Positions 18,518-29,422 of a DNA stretch of 64,000 nucleotides are shown piece after piece; the stretch's first letter is position 1; each line of letters begins with the position of its first letter. This stretch comes from a virus. The notes under the pieces are model-generated. The model did not search any database. It saw only the letters and a list, made by a program, of their open reading frames with translations, and was not told the origin of the DNA. Both the position numbers and the translations under genes were made by a program. The stretch spans positions 55,398 through 119,397 of the IMG/VR virus record IMGVR_UViG_3300042862_000066; one strand, written 5' to 3'.

Positions 18518-20137
18518 TTAGAATGATCCGCCAGTAACTGGGTTACGCATAACGATTTTCAATACTTTGGTCGGGTCTTTAACCCAGATCGCAGGCATGT
18601 TTTGCGTCATGTATACACGGTATCCGTTGAATTGTCCAGAAGACGCGAAGCCTTGGCTACGTCCCATGTAATCCATAGTTCCGTTTTGGTACCACCATTT
18701 CAATTGGTTATCCCAGTTAAGTTTCAACAAGAAGATATTATCGTTAGTGTTATCGGTAATATCAAAGATGATGAAGCTATAAGAAGACAATGGGAAACCA
18801 TCAATGATTGGGTTCTCAATATCGTTAGTATGTAAGTTATCGAACGCCGGGTTCAACACGAACTTAACGTTAGCCAAGAATGGGATAACATAAGAAGTGT
18901 AAGCGAATCCGAAGTTCAAGTCCATACCTTTACCAGTGATTGCTCCGATGTCAGCAGCTTGGATCAACAATCCTGAAGACATAGCCTCACGTGCGATTGC
19001 TGCATTAACCATACGCATACCTGCCATACCTGTTTGTACGATAAGCTGACGCTTAGGATCTGGACCTTGGAAGTCAACCTTACCAGCGTAGAAGTTGTAC
19101 AATTCAGAACGGAACAAATCTAAGTTGAAACCAGCCTTGTTGTATACGCGCTTGAACGAGTTGTCCAATTGCTTCCAAAGACCGACAGATAAACGGATAT
19201 CATCTGGACCGTCTTGACGAACGCGTCCACCTTGTCCCCACATTAAGTAGGTTTCGATATCGCTAGCTACTTTGCTCAAGTGAGCTGCTTCCATAGTAGT
19301 TAAGAAAGTACGAGATAATGAACCATTACCCATAGCGCGCTTAACATAATCCTTACCCATGCGAGAAACCATAGTATCTAGGTTAGCTACAGATGGATCC
19401 ATATTCTTGTCAAAGTTACGCCAGATCTCAGTAACAGGTACAGTACCGTCAGCATTCATTCCGCCTTTGATCATAAGATCAGCGCGAGAAGATACAGAAT
19501 AGTGTACGTGTGCTTCAGCTCCTCCTACGAAGTTGTAGAATTCACGGAAACCGGTTTGTGTAGTAATGTCAGAGAAACGCTCTCCGTATTCTCCACGAGC
19601 AGAACCTTTACGGAAGATTTTAGTACCTGGAGCAAGATAGTCAGTTGATAACGCAAAAGAGCTATCATTGTTAACTAACTGTACCGTGTACAAGAAACCA
19701 TCTCCTAAAGGAATGATATCGTCTACAGTAATGTACATCTCAGCACCGTTGTACTTGTCATAAGTGATGATATCACCATGTCCAAATTCGCGACGTGAAA
19801 TTTTAATTTTGAACGTTTGTCCGTCAGTACCTACTGATTCAGCACCATTCAATTCTACATCATCAACAATGTAAGGAAGATCTAATACAACCGGCGTTTG
19901 CCATTTGTACTCTCCTCTTGCGTTGTCGACATTAATTACGTTCTTTCCACCAAAGCTAGACATTTGGTACAAAGGCATTTCTACCTTTTGTGCCATTGCC
20001 CAAAGATCTACTGGTCCTAAATCCATAGGTTCAGAGTTCTTGAGCATGTTAACCAAGTGGTAAGAATCTACGTGTGAACTAGCGGCGTAGTTGGTATCTC
20101 GTAGAAATATACCATTGTTTAAAACTGGAGTTGACAT
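18518..20137 (-). CDS. Major capsid protein (crAss-like)
   Basis: 539 aa; biased codon usage; IETYLMWGQG, LIVQTGMAGM and IWVKDPTKVL motifs; order terminase-portal-scaffold-MCP. Confidence 0.85.
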   Translation of the reverse strand: MSTPVLNNGIFLRDTNYAASSHVDSYHLVNMLKNSEPMDLGPVDLWAMAQKVEMPLYQMSSFGGKNVINVDNARGEYKWQTPVVLDLPYIVDDVELNGAESVGTDGQTFKIKISRREFGHGDIITYDKYNGAEMYITVDDIIPLGDGFLYTVQLVNNDSSFALSTDYLAPGTKIFRKGSARGEYGERFSDITTQTGFREFYNFVGGAEAHVHYSVSSRADLMIKGGMNADGTVPVTEIWRNFDKNMDPSVANLDTMVSRMGKDYVKRAMGNGSLSRTFLTTMEAAHLSKVASDIETYLMWGQGGRVRQDGPDDIRLSVGLWKQLDNSFKRVYNKAGFNLDLFRSELYNFYAGKVDFQGPDPKRQLIVQTGMAGMRMVNAAIAREAMSSGLLIQAADIGAITGKGMDLNFGFAYTSYVIPFLANVKFVLNPAFDNLHTNDIENPIIDGFPLSSYSFIIFDITDNTNDNIFLLKLNWDNQLKWWYQNGTMDYMGRSQGFASSGQFNGYRVYMTQNMPAIWVKDPTKVLKIVMRNPVTGGSF

Positions 20138-20163
20138 GTTTATTTATTTAAGGGTTAATTTTA

Positions 20164-21378
20164 TTATCGTTTAAAGAAGTTCCCATTTCTAGGTATCTTT
20201 CTTTGTGTTGTTTCTTCTTTTTCTACAACTGGAGAACTTGTAGCTAGCTTAGCTTGTTCCGTCTTAAGCTGGCGCACTGTTTTCTCCACTTGTGCTGTTT
20301 TACCTTGTTCCTTTACTTTCGATTCATATCCTTCTTCGTCAGCAAGTAACCAAAGTACTTTAGCAATTTTATTATAGTTAGGCTCAACATACTGGTACTT
20401 TTCTAATAGGTGTCCTAATAGATTAGTTTGCTTACCTGATATAGACGGATAACTAGGTTGTACTAGTCCAGTATAAATCATATTCTGCGTACGCTTGTCT
20501 AACTTAATTCCGTTAAGGTCTGCTGCTGCTACTGTATTATATACATTTTGCATATAAGCTTCAGAAGCTGCATGTTGTTGTCTCTTCATTTGTTCTTGCT
20601 TAGCAAGTTTCTGAACTACAACTGACTCTTGCATCTTATCCAACTTTGGCTTAAACTTATTAGCTTTTGATTGCAAATCTCCACGGTCTCTCCAACCGTC
20701 AATCTCTTCTTCAATATCCTCCGCTGTACCAAAGTTAGTTGCACGTAAATATTCACGTACAATTTGTTCTTGGTCTCTCTCAGATGTTGGATCTAATTCA
20801 CGAACTTCTTCAGCTTGTGCGAGGACTTTAAATAATCCTTTTAGATCCTGGCCTCCATCAGCTACATATTTAGCAGCATACTGAAGTTCTTCTGGAAGAG
20901 ATTCGAAAAACTCTACCGGAGTCTCTTGTCTTACTTTGTTCTCAATTTCTGCAAAGTTTGCATCCATAAGTTCTTCGTAATCCTTAAGAGTATAATCCTC
21001 CATAGGTTTGTCGTCCTCAAACGGAACTAACTTACCCGCATCTATAAGCTTATTAATTAGTTCAGCCATTCCGCTCTTGTCTACTTTAGGTCTTCCAGAT
21101 TTCGGCTTATCATCAGCCTCTTCTTTTTTTCTAAAGTCTCCATCCGGATCAACTTCTCCAATTACATCATCTATAGATGCAGTTTCTTTTTCGTCGCCTT
21201 CGTTTTCATCGTCGGGCTTGTCAATAAAACTGAGGTCTAATTTAGCTGAACTAAACACGTTCGGCTTTTTCTCCTCTTCTGGTAGCATAACGTTTTCTGC
21301 TCCCGGGGTTCCTAGAATCTCATCTAGGTTCATCTCTACTTGTTCAATAGAGGTAGTTTCTGTATTCTGTGTAGACAT
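20164..21378 (-). CDS. Putative scaffolding protein
   Basis: Very acidic N-terminus and coiled-coil; located between portal and MCP. Confidence 0.6.
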   Translation of the reverse strand: MSTQNTETTSIEQVEMNLDEILGTPGAENVMLPEEEKKPNVFSSAKLDLSFIDKPDDENEGDEKETASIDDVIGEVDPDGDFRKKEEADDKPKSGRPKVDKSGMAELINKLIDAGKLVPFEDDKPMEDYTLKDYEELMDANFAEIENKVRQETPVEFFESLPEELQYAAKYVADGGQDLKGLFKVLAQAEEVRELDPTSERDQEQIVREYLRATNFGTAEDIEEEIDGWRDRGDLQSKANKFKPKLDKMQESVVVQKLAKQEQMKRQQHAASEAYMQNVYNTVAAADLNGIKLDKRTQNMIYTGLVQPSYPSISGKQTNLLGHLLEKYQYVEPNYNKIAKVLWLLADEEGYESKVKEQGKTAQVEKTVRQLKTEQAKLATSSPVVEKEETTQRKIPRNGNFFKR

Positions 21379-21417
21379 ATGGTTGGTTTTTTAAATTCTC
21401 TACAATATTAATATACG

Positions 21418-21425
21418 CAAATCTA
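21418..21425 (-). promoter_or_regulatory. Bacteroidota -7 promoter element (TAGATTTG)
   Basis: TAnnTTTG match upstream of the scaffold/MCP operon. Confidence 0.45.
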
Positions 21426-21485
21426 TAGTTTAAACTTTAAAAATTAGGGAGTTAAAAAAAATATAGTTGACTTTATAGCAAAAGC

Positions 21486-24236
21486 CTACTTTTTCTTATT
21501 TTTATCAGCCGTTTTCTTATCAAATTTATTCTTATTTTCTCTAGCAATGTCTAGTTGAGTCTGCGCAATATCTCTTTGAGTATTAAGTTTTTGTTCTTCT
21601 ATACTCATTTTATCACGATGCTCTGACATCCTAGAGACTTCTTTTTCTCTTTGAAGGTTGATATTATCGTTCTGTTCTTGAGTACGGTTAATTTCTTTAA
21701 GGGCATCTTGGTAATCGCTCTGTTGATTCTGATTAATATCTACAGTCGCTCCAAAACCAGCAGATCTAATCTGAGCTTCGTATATGCGATTCTGTCTATC
21801 TTTCTCATTTTCAGTAGCTTCGAATTCCATCTTCTGACGAGCCTCTTCAGATTTAGCCTGAATCATTTGTTCTTGCATCTGCTGCTGTTGCTGCATCTCT
21901 TGCTGACGCTGTTGCTGAGCTTTAGCTTCAGTCTTCTTAAGTATTTGCGTAACATCAGGAATTGAATCAGCCATGAGAATATTACCCAAATCATAAATGG
22001 AAGCACCAGAAGTGTTATTAGAAACAGCCATTTGTTTAAGCTGATCCAAAACGGCACGATGATTAGCTTTAGTAGTACAAAAAACATTAAGGTCTCTAAG
22101 AAGAAGGTCAGTGCCATTAATCTCGAAATTTTTTCTTTCATCTGCTGTAGTAATATATTGTAGGCGGACCGACGGTTTAGTAGAATTATAGTATTGAGCT
22201 AGATCCGTACGCATCGTATGTACGCGAGGCATCAAGTAATCGCAGTGCTGAATAAAATAAGTTTCAGTCTGAGCATAAGATGCATTCATGGATTGTTCAA
22301 TACCTGTAGCTGTCTGCTGACCTATTTGCTGACCCATACGTTGTGGAGTAATACCGATTACTTCAAAGGCCTGTTGTTTAAAGTATTGTCCTAACTGAAT
22401 ACGAGACATCAAACGATTAGTTTGTTCTAGATCCAGTTTTTGGTAATGCTGAAACGCTAAGGCATTCTCGGTATTAGTAATTGTGGTATCTAATGGAAGC
22501 ATTTGGAAGTTCTTCATAGCCACGTATGCTTTGGCTAAGTTGTTCTTTCCCCAATCTTCTCCTAACGAATGACGAGGTAAGGCATTCTGATCCAGTAAGA
22601 TAACTGTTCCTAGTTCATCTACAAGTATATCTGCAATCTGATTATTTACAATATTGTATCCAATCTGAAACGGTTTCATTAAGTCTACTAAAGATGTAGA
22701 TCTTGTATTACGGTCTGAAAATACAGAACCTTCTACAGGAAGTTTACATCCATATAAGCTATCATCTCCTTTAAACTGGAATTTCATACATCCAATTTGG
22801 TTCTGATTAATACCTAAGTAAATAGGATTAATACCGCCAGGATTATTGGTTCCCCAATATGTTGGATGGTTAGGTCCTATCTTAACTCCTCCCCATACTT
22901 CGTTAATCCAGATCCAGTCAATATGTTCTCCAAATAACAAGTTATCCTTAGACTTATTTTTAAATAGGTCTGTATTATAAAGAGGTTTGTCTGTAACCTT
23001 ATATGATTCATCTATAAGATCTGTAACAACCGATCCCATATCATCAATCTTAGTTAAATGGCCTACCTTACGCTGCGACTTCCAGTAAACTGTCGTTACA
23101 CGAAGTAAGTTAGTCATACCCATATCAAACCAGTCCTCGCTATCTGAAAGAATCCAGTTAACAATGTCTCCTCCGCGTAGAGTATTATCCCACATCGAAG
23201 TATACTGACGGTACCCTAAAGAAGGCATGTTAGTATTCCAATCATGAGATTTAGTACCATCATAGTAAGTACCATCGTTTTGATAACCCTGAATAGGGTA
23301 ACCGGCAGAACGTACAGGATAGATTTGCTCTAATGTTTCCATTTGCTGTTCCGTCATTAACCATCCATAACGGTCAATAACATCGGCTACCGTCATCATA
23401 TCGTACTTACCTACCCACTGACCTTGTGATATATAACGAGCATCTGGGGATTTATGGTAGAATGTTAAAACAGGATTCCATAATTCTAAGTCATAATCAT
23501 CTTCCATCATGCGGAAATGCCAGAACTCTCTGTCTGTAATAAGCATATCGCGGAAACCACGCTCTTCTAATTCATCTAATTTAAAACGTTCTACGTCTAC
23601 CTGATGCTGATGTGAGGCCCACTGCTCTACTAATGACTTATAAGATTTAGTAAAGAAGTCTTGAATTTCTGGCAAGGACTTAATACTTTCTGGAGATAAT
23701 GCCTGTTGGTATTCTTCCGATTCAACATCTACACCATCCTCAGCAAGTCTCATCATTAACTGTTGCTCTGCAGCGCTAGTAAGAGATTCTTCAATTTGAC
23801 TTCTTTTAAGCTCCATCATTTCATTATAAGACGTCTCATCAACTGACTTATATGTAATAGCACTAGAACGTTTTGCAAATTCTGCTACAAGAGTATTGAT
23901 AACATTTGGAATAATAGGATAGAACTTAAGTTCTAATGCTGATGCATCTTCCTTAGTAAGCGTTTCAATTAGATCTGCATACTCGTTATCTTCTTCTATG
24001 ATATAGTCACCTTTATCTATAATACCTTTTGCAAGTTTATAGTTCTTCATTAGGCGACGAGCATTACGACGTACGTGTTGTAACCCTTTCCATTCTAACC
24101 AGTCTAAGTTCCAAGCTGCCCAGTCTGTATCCTTTTCACTTCTGGGAATAAACTGGATAGGCTGGTTAAGAGTACCCATTTTATTGTACTCTACTTTGGC
24201 CCCAGCCTTTAACTGCATTGCGTTATATATCTGCAT
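21486..24236 (-). CDS. Portal protein (crAss-like)
   Basis: 916 aa; YPIIPNVINTLVAE, SLVDLMKPFQIGYNIVNNQI and IGITPQRMGQ motifs; Q-rich coiled-coil C-terminus; follows terminase. Confidence 0.85.
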   Translation of the reverse strand: MQIYNAMQLKAGAKVEYNKMGTLNQPIQFIPRSEKDTDWAAWNLDWLEWKGLQHVRRNARRLMKNYKLAKGIIDKGDYIIEEDNEYADLIETLTKEDASALELKFYPIIPNVINTLVAEFAKRSSAITYKSVDETSYNEMMELKRSQIEESLTSAAEQQLMMRLAEDGVDVESEEYQQALSPESIKSLPEIQDFFTKSYKSLVEQWASHQHQVDVERFKLDELEERGFRDMLITDREFWHFRMMEDDYDLELWNPVLTFYHKSPDARYISQGQWVGKYDMMTVADVIDRYGWLMTEQQMETLEQIYPVRSAGYPIQGYQNDGTYYDGTKSHDWNTNMPSLGYRQYTSMWDNTLRGGDIVNWILSDSEDWFDMGMTNLLRVTTVYWKSQRKVGHLTKIDDMGSVVTDLIDESYKVTDKPLYNTDLFKNKSKDNLLFGEHIDWIWINEVWGGVKIGPNHPTYWGTNNPGGINPIYLGINQNQIGCMKFQFKGDDSLYGCKLPVEGSVFSDRNTRSTSLVDLMKPFQIGYNIVNNQIADILVDELGTVILLDQNALPRHSLGEDWGKNNLAKAYVAMKNFQMLPLDTTITNTENALAFQHYQKLDLEQTNRLMSRIQLGQYFKQQAFEVIGITPQRMGQQIGQQTATGIEQSMNASYAQTETYFIQHCDYLMPRVHTMRTDLAQYYNSTKPSVRLQYITTADERKNFEINGTDLLLRDLNVFCTTKANHRAVLDQLKQMAVSNNTSGASIYDLGNILMADSIPDVTQILKKTEAKAQQQRQQEMQQQQQMQEQMIQAKSEEARQKMEFEATENEKDRQNRIYEAQIRSAGFGATVDINQNQQSDYQDALKEINRTQEQNDNINLQREKEVSRMSEHRDKMSIEEQKLNTQRDIAQTQLDIARENKNKFDKKTADKNKKK

Positions 24237-24237
24237 A

Positions 24238-26451
24238 TTATCTTATGTTTCTAAATGGATTTTTAGGTAACTTCATACCTTCAAATTTATGACCCCCTCC
24301 GCCGATATGACGAAAAGGGCTCATATTTAATTTACTGAATTTATTGGTGCTTTCCAAGTTTTTTGATGCTGCTGTTTCCTCAAAACGTTTTTTATAACCC
24401 CTATTAGCTTGCTGTACTTTAGCAAAAGCCACTAAAGCTGCAAACGATACTAGCCTATCGACGTTAACTCCTTCTCTATATGCCATCATTTCTCTAAGTA
24501 ACATAATGTCCGGAATACGTTCTATACCAAAGATTGTCTTAACAACTTTACCATCTTCTAAAGTTATTTGATCAAGCTCTTGTCTAACAAATTCAATTGC
24601 ATAACTTATCATATGACTTTTAAACAAGGTACCTGTATTACGCCAACCGTATTCTTGGAATACATTAGCATTAGCTCCTATATCTTTTAAGAATAGAATC
24701 TGTTGTCTCGGCACTAGATACTTCTGCTTCTTGCGGTTAATCATATGAGTAATAAACTGCGGAATATTGTTTTCCACAATAGTCCAGGCATTATACCATT
24801 CTATGATAAGCTCTAGTCTCTCGTGTGTCTTATTAATATCATCGAAGCGGCCACACCAAGCTGCTACTATTTTATCATTTTCTATAAAGGTCTGAACACT
24901 ATCTACATCTTTCTTAGTTACTTCTACGGATGTTTTATATACATATATTGCGCACAGAGAATCAGATGTAGTAGTTTTACCTTCTCCCACGGGATCGACA
25001 GAGGCGTAATACATTCCAAACTCTGGATTTTCTACTGGCCTATCCCATACTACAAGGCATCCTGTTTTATCCTCAGTGTTTTTTGTAATAGGGAACTCTC
25101 TAATAGGTAACTTATTACTAGCTGCTACTGCTGGATCACCCTTTTCGTTTCTATAAATATCTAGACGTTCCTCAGCATATTCTTTATCTTCAATACGTCG
25201 AGTTTGTGCTGTAATAAGATGACCTGGAAATACCGATACAGATCTAAAGTCAAATGCTTCTTTAATAGTTCTAGGGTGCTGAGATATACGAAGCTGAAAC
25301 TCCTGGGGATCTAATTCAGATTTCCATTGTAAAAATTGTTCATCTAAAGCAACCAGCGCTTCTTCTACTTTAGAATTACCGAAGGTGTCTATAAAAGGAG
25401 GCATGGACCATTGCTCTGGAATAAATAGTCCGGTCATTCCTCTCGCGCCTGTTTCGTCTAGCAATGTGGATTCAACGGCATAGATATCATTTCCTTCCGG
25501 TCTAGTGATCATTTTCTTTAAAGGTTCACATTGAGATAAATCTCCGACAGATCCTGCAGCAATAAACATTCCCGTAGTCATGAATCCTGATTTCATAGCA
25601 GGGCGGATGTACTCAAATGTTGTATCCATCTTAGGAGCAATACCAGCTTCCTCGTGGAAGAAGTATTTACACGGTCCCCCTACACCATTGGTAGGATCTT
25701 TCTCAAAGGACATTCCTTGCATAACTCCTTTAAGCCCTACCTCAGACTTACGTCTATTTATTCCAGATACTGTTTCAATCTTCTGCTGCCACATCATAAC
25801 CTTGTTAGGGTTCATAGGACGGTACCATGCAGTATGCTGATTTAGAAATGCTTCATATTCATTTAAGAATTTCCAAGTACCTTTCTCATTGATGTAGTCC
25901 TTAAGACTTGCCCCCATCTTAAGGGTAACCCCTTCTTCAAACCAGATTTGATTAAGTAACTTACCAGCGTGATAATATGATGAAGCAATCTGACGTTTCT
26001 TTAGAATAGCTACGTGTCTATAATGCAATTCTGCTAAGCATTCATAGAGAGCCATGTGATACTGAGCATCTCTGACATCAGCAAAACCAAACTTCTGAAT
26101 CTCCTTATTAAAAATAGGTAAGAAGTTTAACCACATATAATAATCACGTGGTATGTACCAGACGTCATCACCATCTTTATAAATAGCTCCTACACGACAT
26201 TTATTCTTCTGGTCATTCCAGTACATAATAAAGTCTTTAGTTCCTTGAGGGGATGCGCAATAAAAACCACGTTCGTTAAATAGACGGGCCTGTTCGTTAA
26301 ACTTAAGACTAGTCTCGGTAAAGTTATATTTACCTGGTTCTTTAAAAATCGATAATACAAAATCCTTGAAGTTGTCCCTAGTATCAAAAATAGATACTGT
26401 CCACACTCCCTTTTCATAAGTAGGAATTTGTATGTCGTTGGTTTTCAGCAT
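24238..26451 (-). CDS. terL: Terminase large subunit
   Basis: Walker A-like LKKRQIASSY, Walker B FFHEEAG, nuclease YASVDPV...D...NVDRLVS. Confidence 0.9.
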   Translation of the reverse strand: MLKTNDIQIPTYEKGVWTVSIFDTRDNFKDFVLSIFKEPGKYNFTETSLKFNEQARLFNERGFYCASPQGTKDFIMYWNDQKNKCRVGAIYKDGDDVWYIPRDYYMWLNFLPIFNKEIQKFGFADVRDAQYHMALYECLAELHYRHVAILKKRQIASSYYHAGKLLNQIWFEEGVTLKMGASLKDYINEKGTWKFLNEYEAFLNQHTAWYRPMNPNKVMMWQQKIETVSGINRRKSEVGLKGVMQGMSFEKDPTNGVGGPCKYFFHEEAGIAPKMDTTFEYIRPAMKSGFMTTGMFIAAGSVGDLSQCEPLKKMITRPEGNDIYAVESTLLDETGARGMTGLFIPEQWSMPPFIDTFGNSKVEEALVALDEQFLQWKSELDPQEFQLRISQHPRTIKEAFDFRSVSVFPGHLITAQTRRIEDKEYAEERLDIYRNEKGDPAVAASNKLPIREFPITKNTEDKTGCLVVWDRPVENPEFGMYYASVDPVGEGKTTTSDSLCAIYVYKTSVEVTKKDVDSVQTFIENDKIVAAWCGRFDDINKTHERLELIIEWYNAWTIVENNIPQFITHMINRKKQKYLVPRQQILFLKDIGANANVFQEYGWRNTGTLFKSHMISYAIEFVRQELDQITLEDGKVVKTIFGIERIPDIMLLREMMAYREGVNVDRLVSFAALVAFAKVQQANRGYKKRFEETAASKNLESTNKFSKLNMSPFRHIGGGGHKFEGMKLPKNPFRNIR

Positions 26452-26456
26452 GTTAT

Positions 26457-26975
26457 TTACATTTGGTCATACGCAAGACCCGCTCCTCCGCGAACGTGAC
26501 TTGTCTGTTCTTCCTGAAGATCTTTATATGCCCCTTTATAACTCTCTCGTATTTGTTGGTACTTTGATGCAGCATTTACAAGTGCTGTAATATTACCGTC
26601 TCTTCCGTCAGTTATCTGGGTTTTCTCCATATAGGTCGCAAGATTATCTAGCATTTTCTTAATACCGTTATAAGCTCGTGACGTTGGTGTTTCATATAAT
26701 TTCTTACAAAACTGTAATGCTCCGGGAATATTATCATCCTCCGGACTAAAGTCTGCTTCAATTTCAGCTAAGATAATCTCTTCTTTGTGAACATCTTCGA
26801 TATAAAAGAAAGGATTTAGATCAGGATTGGGGCAAGTCATATAGAATAAGTACTCGTAAATCTTTAAGTGCTGATCCGGATACTTATCCATAATATTTTT
26901 TAACGTACTTAACGTATAGCAGTGTTCTGTAGGAATCACTTTGTGATTCTGTATATCAAATAGTTTAACAATCAT
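26457..26975 (-). CDS. Conserved crAss-like protein upstream of TerL (possible small terminase)
   Basis: 172 aa, ends VRGGAGLAYDQM; function inferred from position only. Confidence 0.45.
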   Translation of the reverse strand: MIVKLFDIQNHKVIPTEHCYTLSTLKNIMDKYPDQHLKIYEYLFYMTCPNPDLNPFFYIEDVHKEEIILAEIEADFSPEDDNIPGALQFCKKLYETPTSRAYNGIKKMLDNLATYMEKTQITDGRDGNITALVNAASKYQQIRESYKGAYKDLQEEQTSHVRGGAGLAYDQM

Positions 26976-27591
26976 TTTTATCTATGTTATAGTAGAAACT
27001 ATCAGTTTCTTCTGTAATCCATCTATTAGATACACTTTCTACAGATGGTAAAATTGTATCTACTTTTATTTCTTTTGGATCTACAGGAAACGGTTTAGTT
27101 ACCCAATTGCTATCTCTCCAAAATATTCTATTATTTGGCTGACAAAGTAAATAACCATCATCTGCAATAAGTATATGACCAGCTTTGTAATCGCTAGGTT
27201 CATCTGAATAAGGGTTATTATACCAGTCAATGGTAAATAGGTAGGTTGCCCAAATAAAACTTTTGTCTTTAAGTATAACTTGACATTTCTTTTCTTTAAG
27301 GTGTTCGTAGGTAGTAACACTTACATTCTCAGAGAAACAATCCCATAATTGTTTCATGTGAAAAGGTATATCAGTAAGGGGTTCTTTTAAGTATATCTCA
27401 GATATGGGTACTCGCGATCTTACCATACCGTAATCTGTCATTATGTGAAAAGTAAGTATCTTACTTGTAATAGATTGAATACCAAAAGCATACGCATTAT
27501 GGTATACGTTATCATCTTCAGATTTTTTAGTAAAGTAAGATGCCTTTACTAAACACTTAAAAGACGGTATATTTTCGTTAAGCTTAGGCAT
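26965..27591 (-). CDS. Hypothetical phage protein
   Basis: 208 aa; QLWDCFS, YLFTIDW and QPNNRI motifs typical of an aquatic phage family. Confidence 0.55.
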   Translation of the reverse strand: MPKLNENIPSFKCLVKASYFTKKSEDDNVYHNAYAFGIQSITSKILTFHIMTDYGMVRSRVPISEIYLKEPLTDIPFHMKQLWDCFSENVSVTTYEHLKEKKCQVILKDKSFIWATYLFTIDWYNNPYSDEPSDYKAGHILIADDGYLLCQPNNRIFWRDSNWVTKPFPVDPKEIKVDTILPSVESVSNRWITEETDSFYYNIDKNDC

Positions 27592-28399
27592 TTTCTTTTA
27601 GCATGTTAATCACATTAATGACTTCCTCTTTTAAATAAGGTACATCATATTGTACAATTTTATCTACTACAGGCTCACCAAATTCATCGTATAGTACGAC
27701 TCTATTATCATACGCATCTCTACCGGCCTCTTTAAATACTATATGTTCGATAATCATTTTTCCCGCGCGCATGCGAGGATTATGTTTAAGAATCATATAC
27801 ATGTACAAGCTTAGCTGTAATGCATAATGATTAAGATTGCAATCATCCAAGTGACTGACAGGATCAAGCATTCTATCAGTAATTCCTTCCCAGTTTGTGT
27901 AACCCGAAGTTTTAATTTCTTTATTAGTCTTGTAATCATAAATATTTACTATGCTCTTTATTATTTCTACTCTATCGGCTTGACCACATAATCCAGCGCT
28001 TTTAAGATAAACCATATGCTCCGGATAGATACCGTCAACAAGTTTTTGCTCAGGAGCTTTTTTAATTCCATCTATTTCAACGGGTTTAAAAATAGGAATA
28101 GTAGAGCCATCTTGTTCTATGGTATCACAAGACGTATATGCAGCCTCTCTTTGGTTATGATACCAAGTACCGAGGTTCATAGCTTTTTGTGATTCATTCT
28201 TCCATGCTTCTTTAATATCCTCAGGAGACATACCGAACCATTTGCTTTTTTTCTTCTTAGACGAACCGAGAGCTATAGCATCTGCATCAAAAGCTTTTTT
28301 AAGCTTAGATATAATACCTGTTACACTAGTCCATGTAATGTTCTCACTAGGATCAATGCTTATGTAACTATGAGTATCAGCTTTAAATACTATCGCCAT
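27584..28399 (-). CDS. PD-(D/E)XK exonuclease (Cas4/RecB-like)
   Basis: SVTG..GTWYH..E..GQADRV..IYDYKT..YALQLSLY. Confidence 0.8.
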   Translation of the reverse strand: MAIVFKADTHSYISIDPSENITWTSVTGIISKLKKAFDADAIALGSSKKKKSKWFGMSPEDIKEAWKNESQKAMNLGTWYHNQREAAYTSCDTIEQDGSTIPIFKPVEIDGIKKAPEQKLVDGIYPEHMVYLKSAGLCGQADRVEIIKSIVNIYDYKTNKEIKTSGYTNWEGITDRMLDPVSHLDDCNLNHYALQLSLYMYMILKHNPRMRAGKMIIEHIVFKEAGRDAYDNRVVLYDEFGEPVVDKIVQYDVPYLKEEVINVINMLKENA

Positions 28400-28715
28400 T
28401 GTTTCCTAGTTTAGCATTTAATACATCCTCTTCTTCCTCAGTCATTACAGCAAACCATTGACCCTTAGGGCATTCTGATGACATGCTACGAATCTTATAC
28501 TTAAGGGCGCAGCCGCAGTCGCTACAGCAAGGCTGCGTACCCGGCACTAGACATTTATCGCCTACCAAATCTATTAGTGGGCAGTTGTTACATATCTCAT
28601 TACGCCAGTATGCAATCTTCTCTATTTTTTTGCGAGTAAAATAGTAGTTAAAAACTCCTTCAAGAATGAGCCATTTAGTGCTCCAAACCGTCTTGATCTT
28701 TTCTAAGATTTTCAT
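28383..28715 (-). CDS. Zn-finger / Cys-rich protein
   Basis: CNNCP...C...CCSDCGC...CPKGQW. Confidence 0.6.
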   Translation of the reverse strand: MKILEKIKTVWSTKWLILEGVFNYYFTRKKIEKIAYWRNEICNNCPLIDLVGDKCLVPGTQPCCSDCGCALKYKIRSMSSECPKGQWFAVMTEEEEDVLNAKLGNNGDSI

Positions 28716-29079
28716 TTTTAGTTGCTTTAAATTGGTGCTTTAAACTTAACTGATCTTCAAGCTTTTGCTTTAAGGAGTAGAATCGTTTTAAACGTTGTTG
28801 AGCGGTATTATAAAATTGAAATTTTTTTAAGTTGGCAGGATTGATAATTCTAACGTAGTCTTCATTCTTTTGTATTTCTCTATGAAGGCATTTACTTTTT
28901 GTATAGAATACTCCTAGATTCTCCACGTCTATAACGGGTTCATCCATTGATTCTAAATATTTTCTAACGTTGCTCCAGTAATACGAAACAATATCAGAAA
29001 CTTGTGATTCTGGTAGACCTAGCTCTTCAGCTACATCTTTATACAGGTTGTTGGACTTCTTTGGGCTCAACGTGTACAA
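28675..29079 (-). CDS. HU/IHF-like protein
   Basis: LYKDVAEELGLPESQVSDIV...IDVENLGVFY matches the HU fold pattern. Confidence 0.6.
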   Translation of the reverse strand: MYTLSPKKSNNLYKDVAEELGLPESQVSDIVSYYWSNVRKYLESMDEPVIDVENLGVFYTKSKCLHREIQKNEDYVRIINPANLKKFQFYNTAQQRLKRFYSLKQKLEDQLSLKHQFKATKNENLRKDQDGLEH

Positions 29080-29422
29080 ATTTATAATCCAGCAAAATAT
29101 TACCTGTGATCTGTATCTTTAGGTCATCGCTTAAAGATATCTTCTTCTTACTCTTTCCATTCTTAATCACTAAGCTTTTCTTTTCAGCTTTAGTAATCGC
29201 ATTACGAACCGATTGGCTGCTACCAAAAATCTTGTTCTTAGTAGCAGCGTCACAGAATTCCGTAAGTTCTTTCTCTCCTGATAGAGCTAAGAAAGTAAGA
29301 CAGCTTAAGTCCTGATCAGATACATTTAGCGCCTTTAAATGGCAATGTACAGCTAGTTGGAACTTGACAATACTCCACAAGTCCATTCTAACTGTTTTTC
29401 GTACCTGATTTACTACAGCCAT
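29039..29422 (-). CDS. Putative winged-HTH DNA-binding protein
   Basis: SSQSVRNAITKAEKKSLVIK resembles a wHTH recognition helix plus wing. Confidence 0.45.
   Translation of the reverse strand: MAVVNQVRKTVRMDLWSIVKFQLAVHCHLKALNVSDQDLSCLTFLALSGEKELTEFCDAATKNKIFGSSQSVRNAITKAEKKSLVIKNGKSKKKISLSDDLKIQITGNILLDYKFVHVEPKEVQQPV

Noticed and set aside
24238-26451. Intron or intein in terminase (common in crAss-like phages)
   Set aside because: ORF is continuous at normal length with no intein C...HN motifs or homing endonuclease insert
27584-28399. Cas4 implying a CRISPR-Cas locus
   Set aside because: No other cas genes or array, and no Fe-S cysteine pattern; stand-alone PD-(D/E)XK nucleases are routine in crAss-like phages
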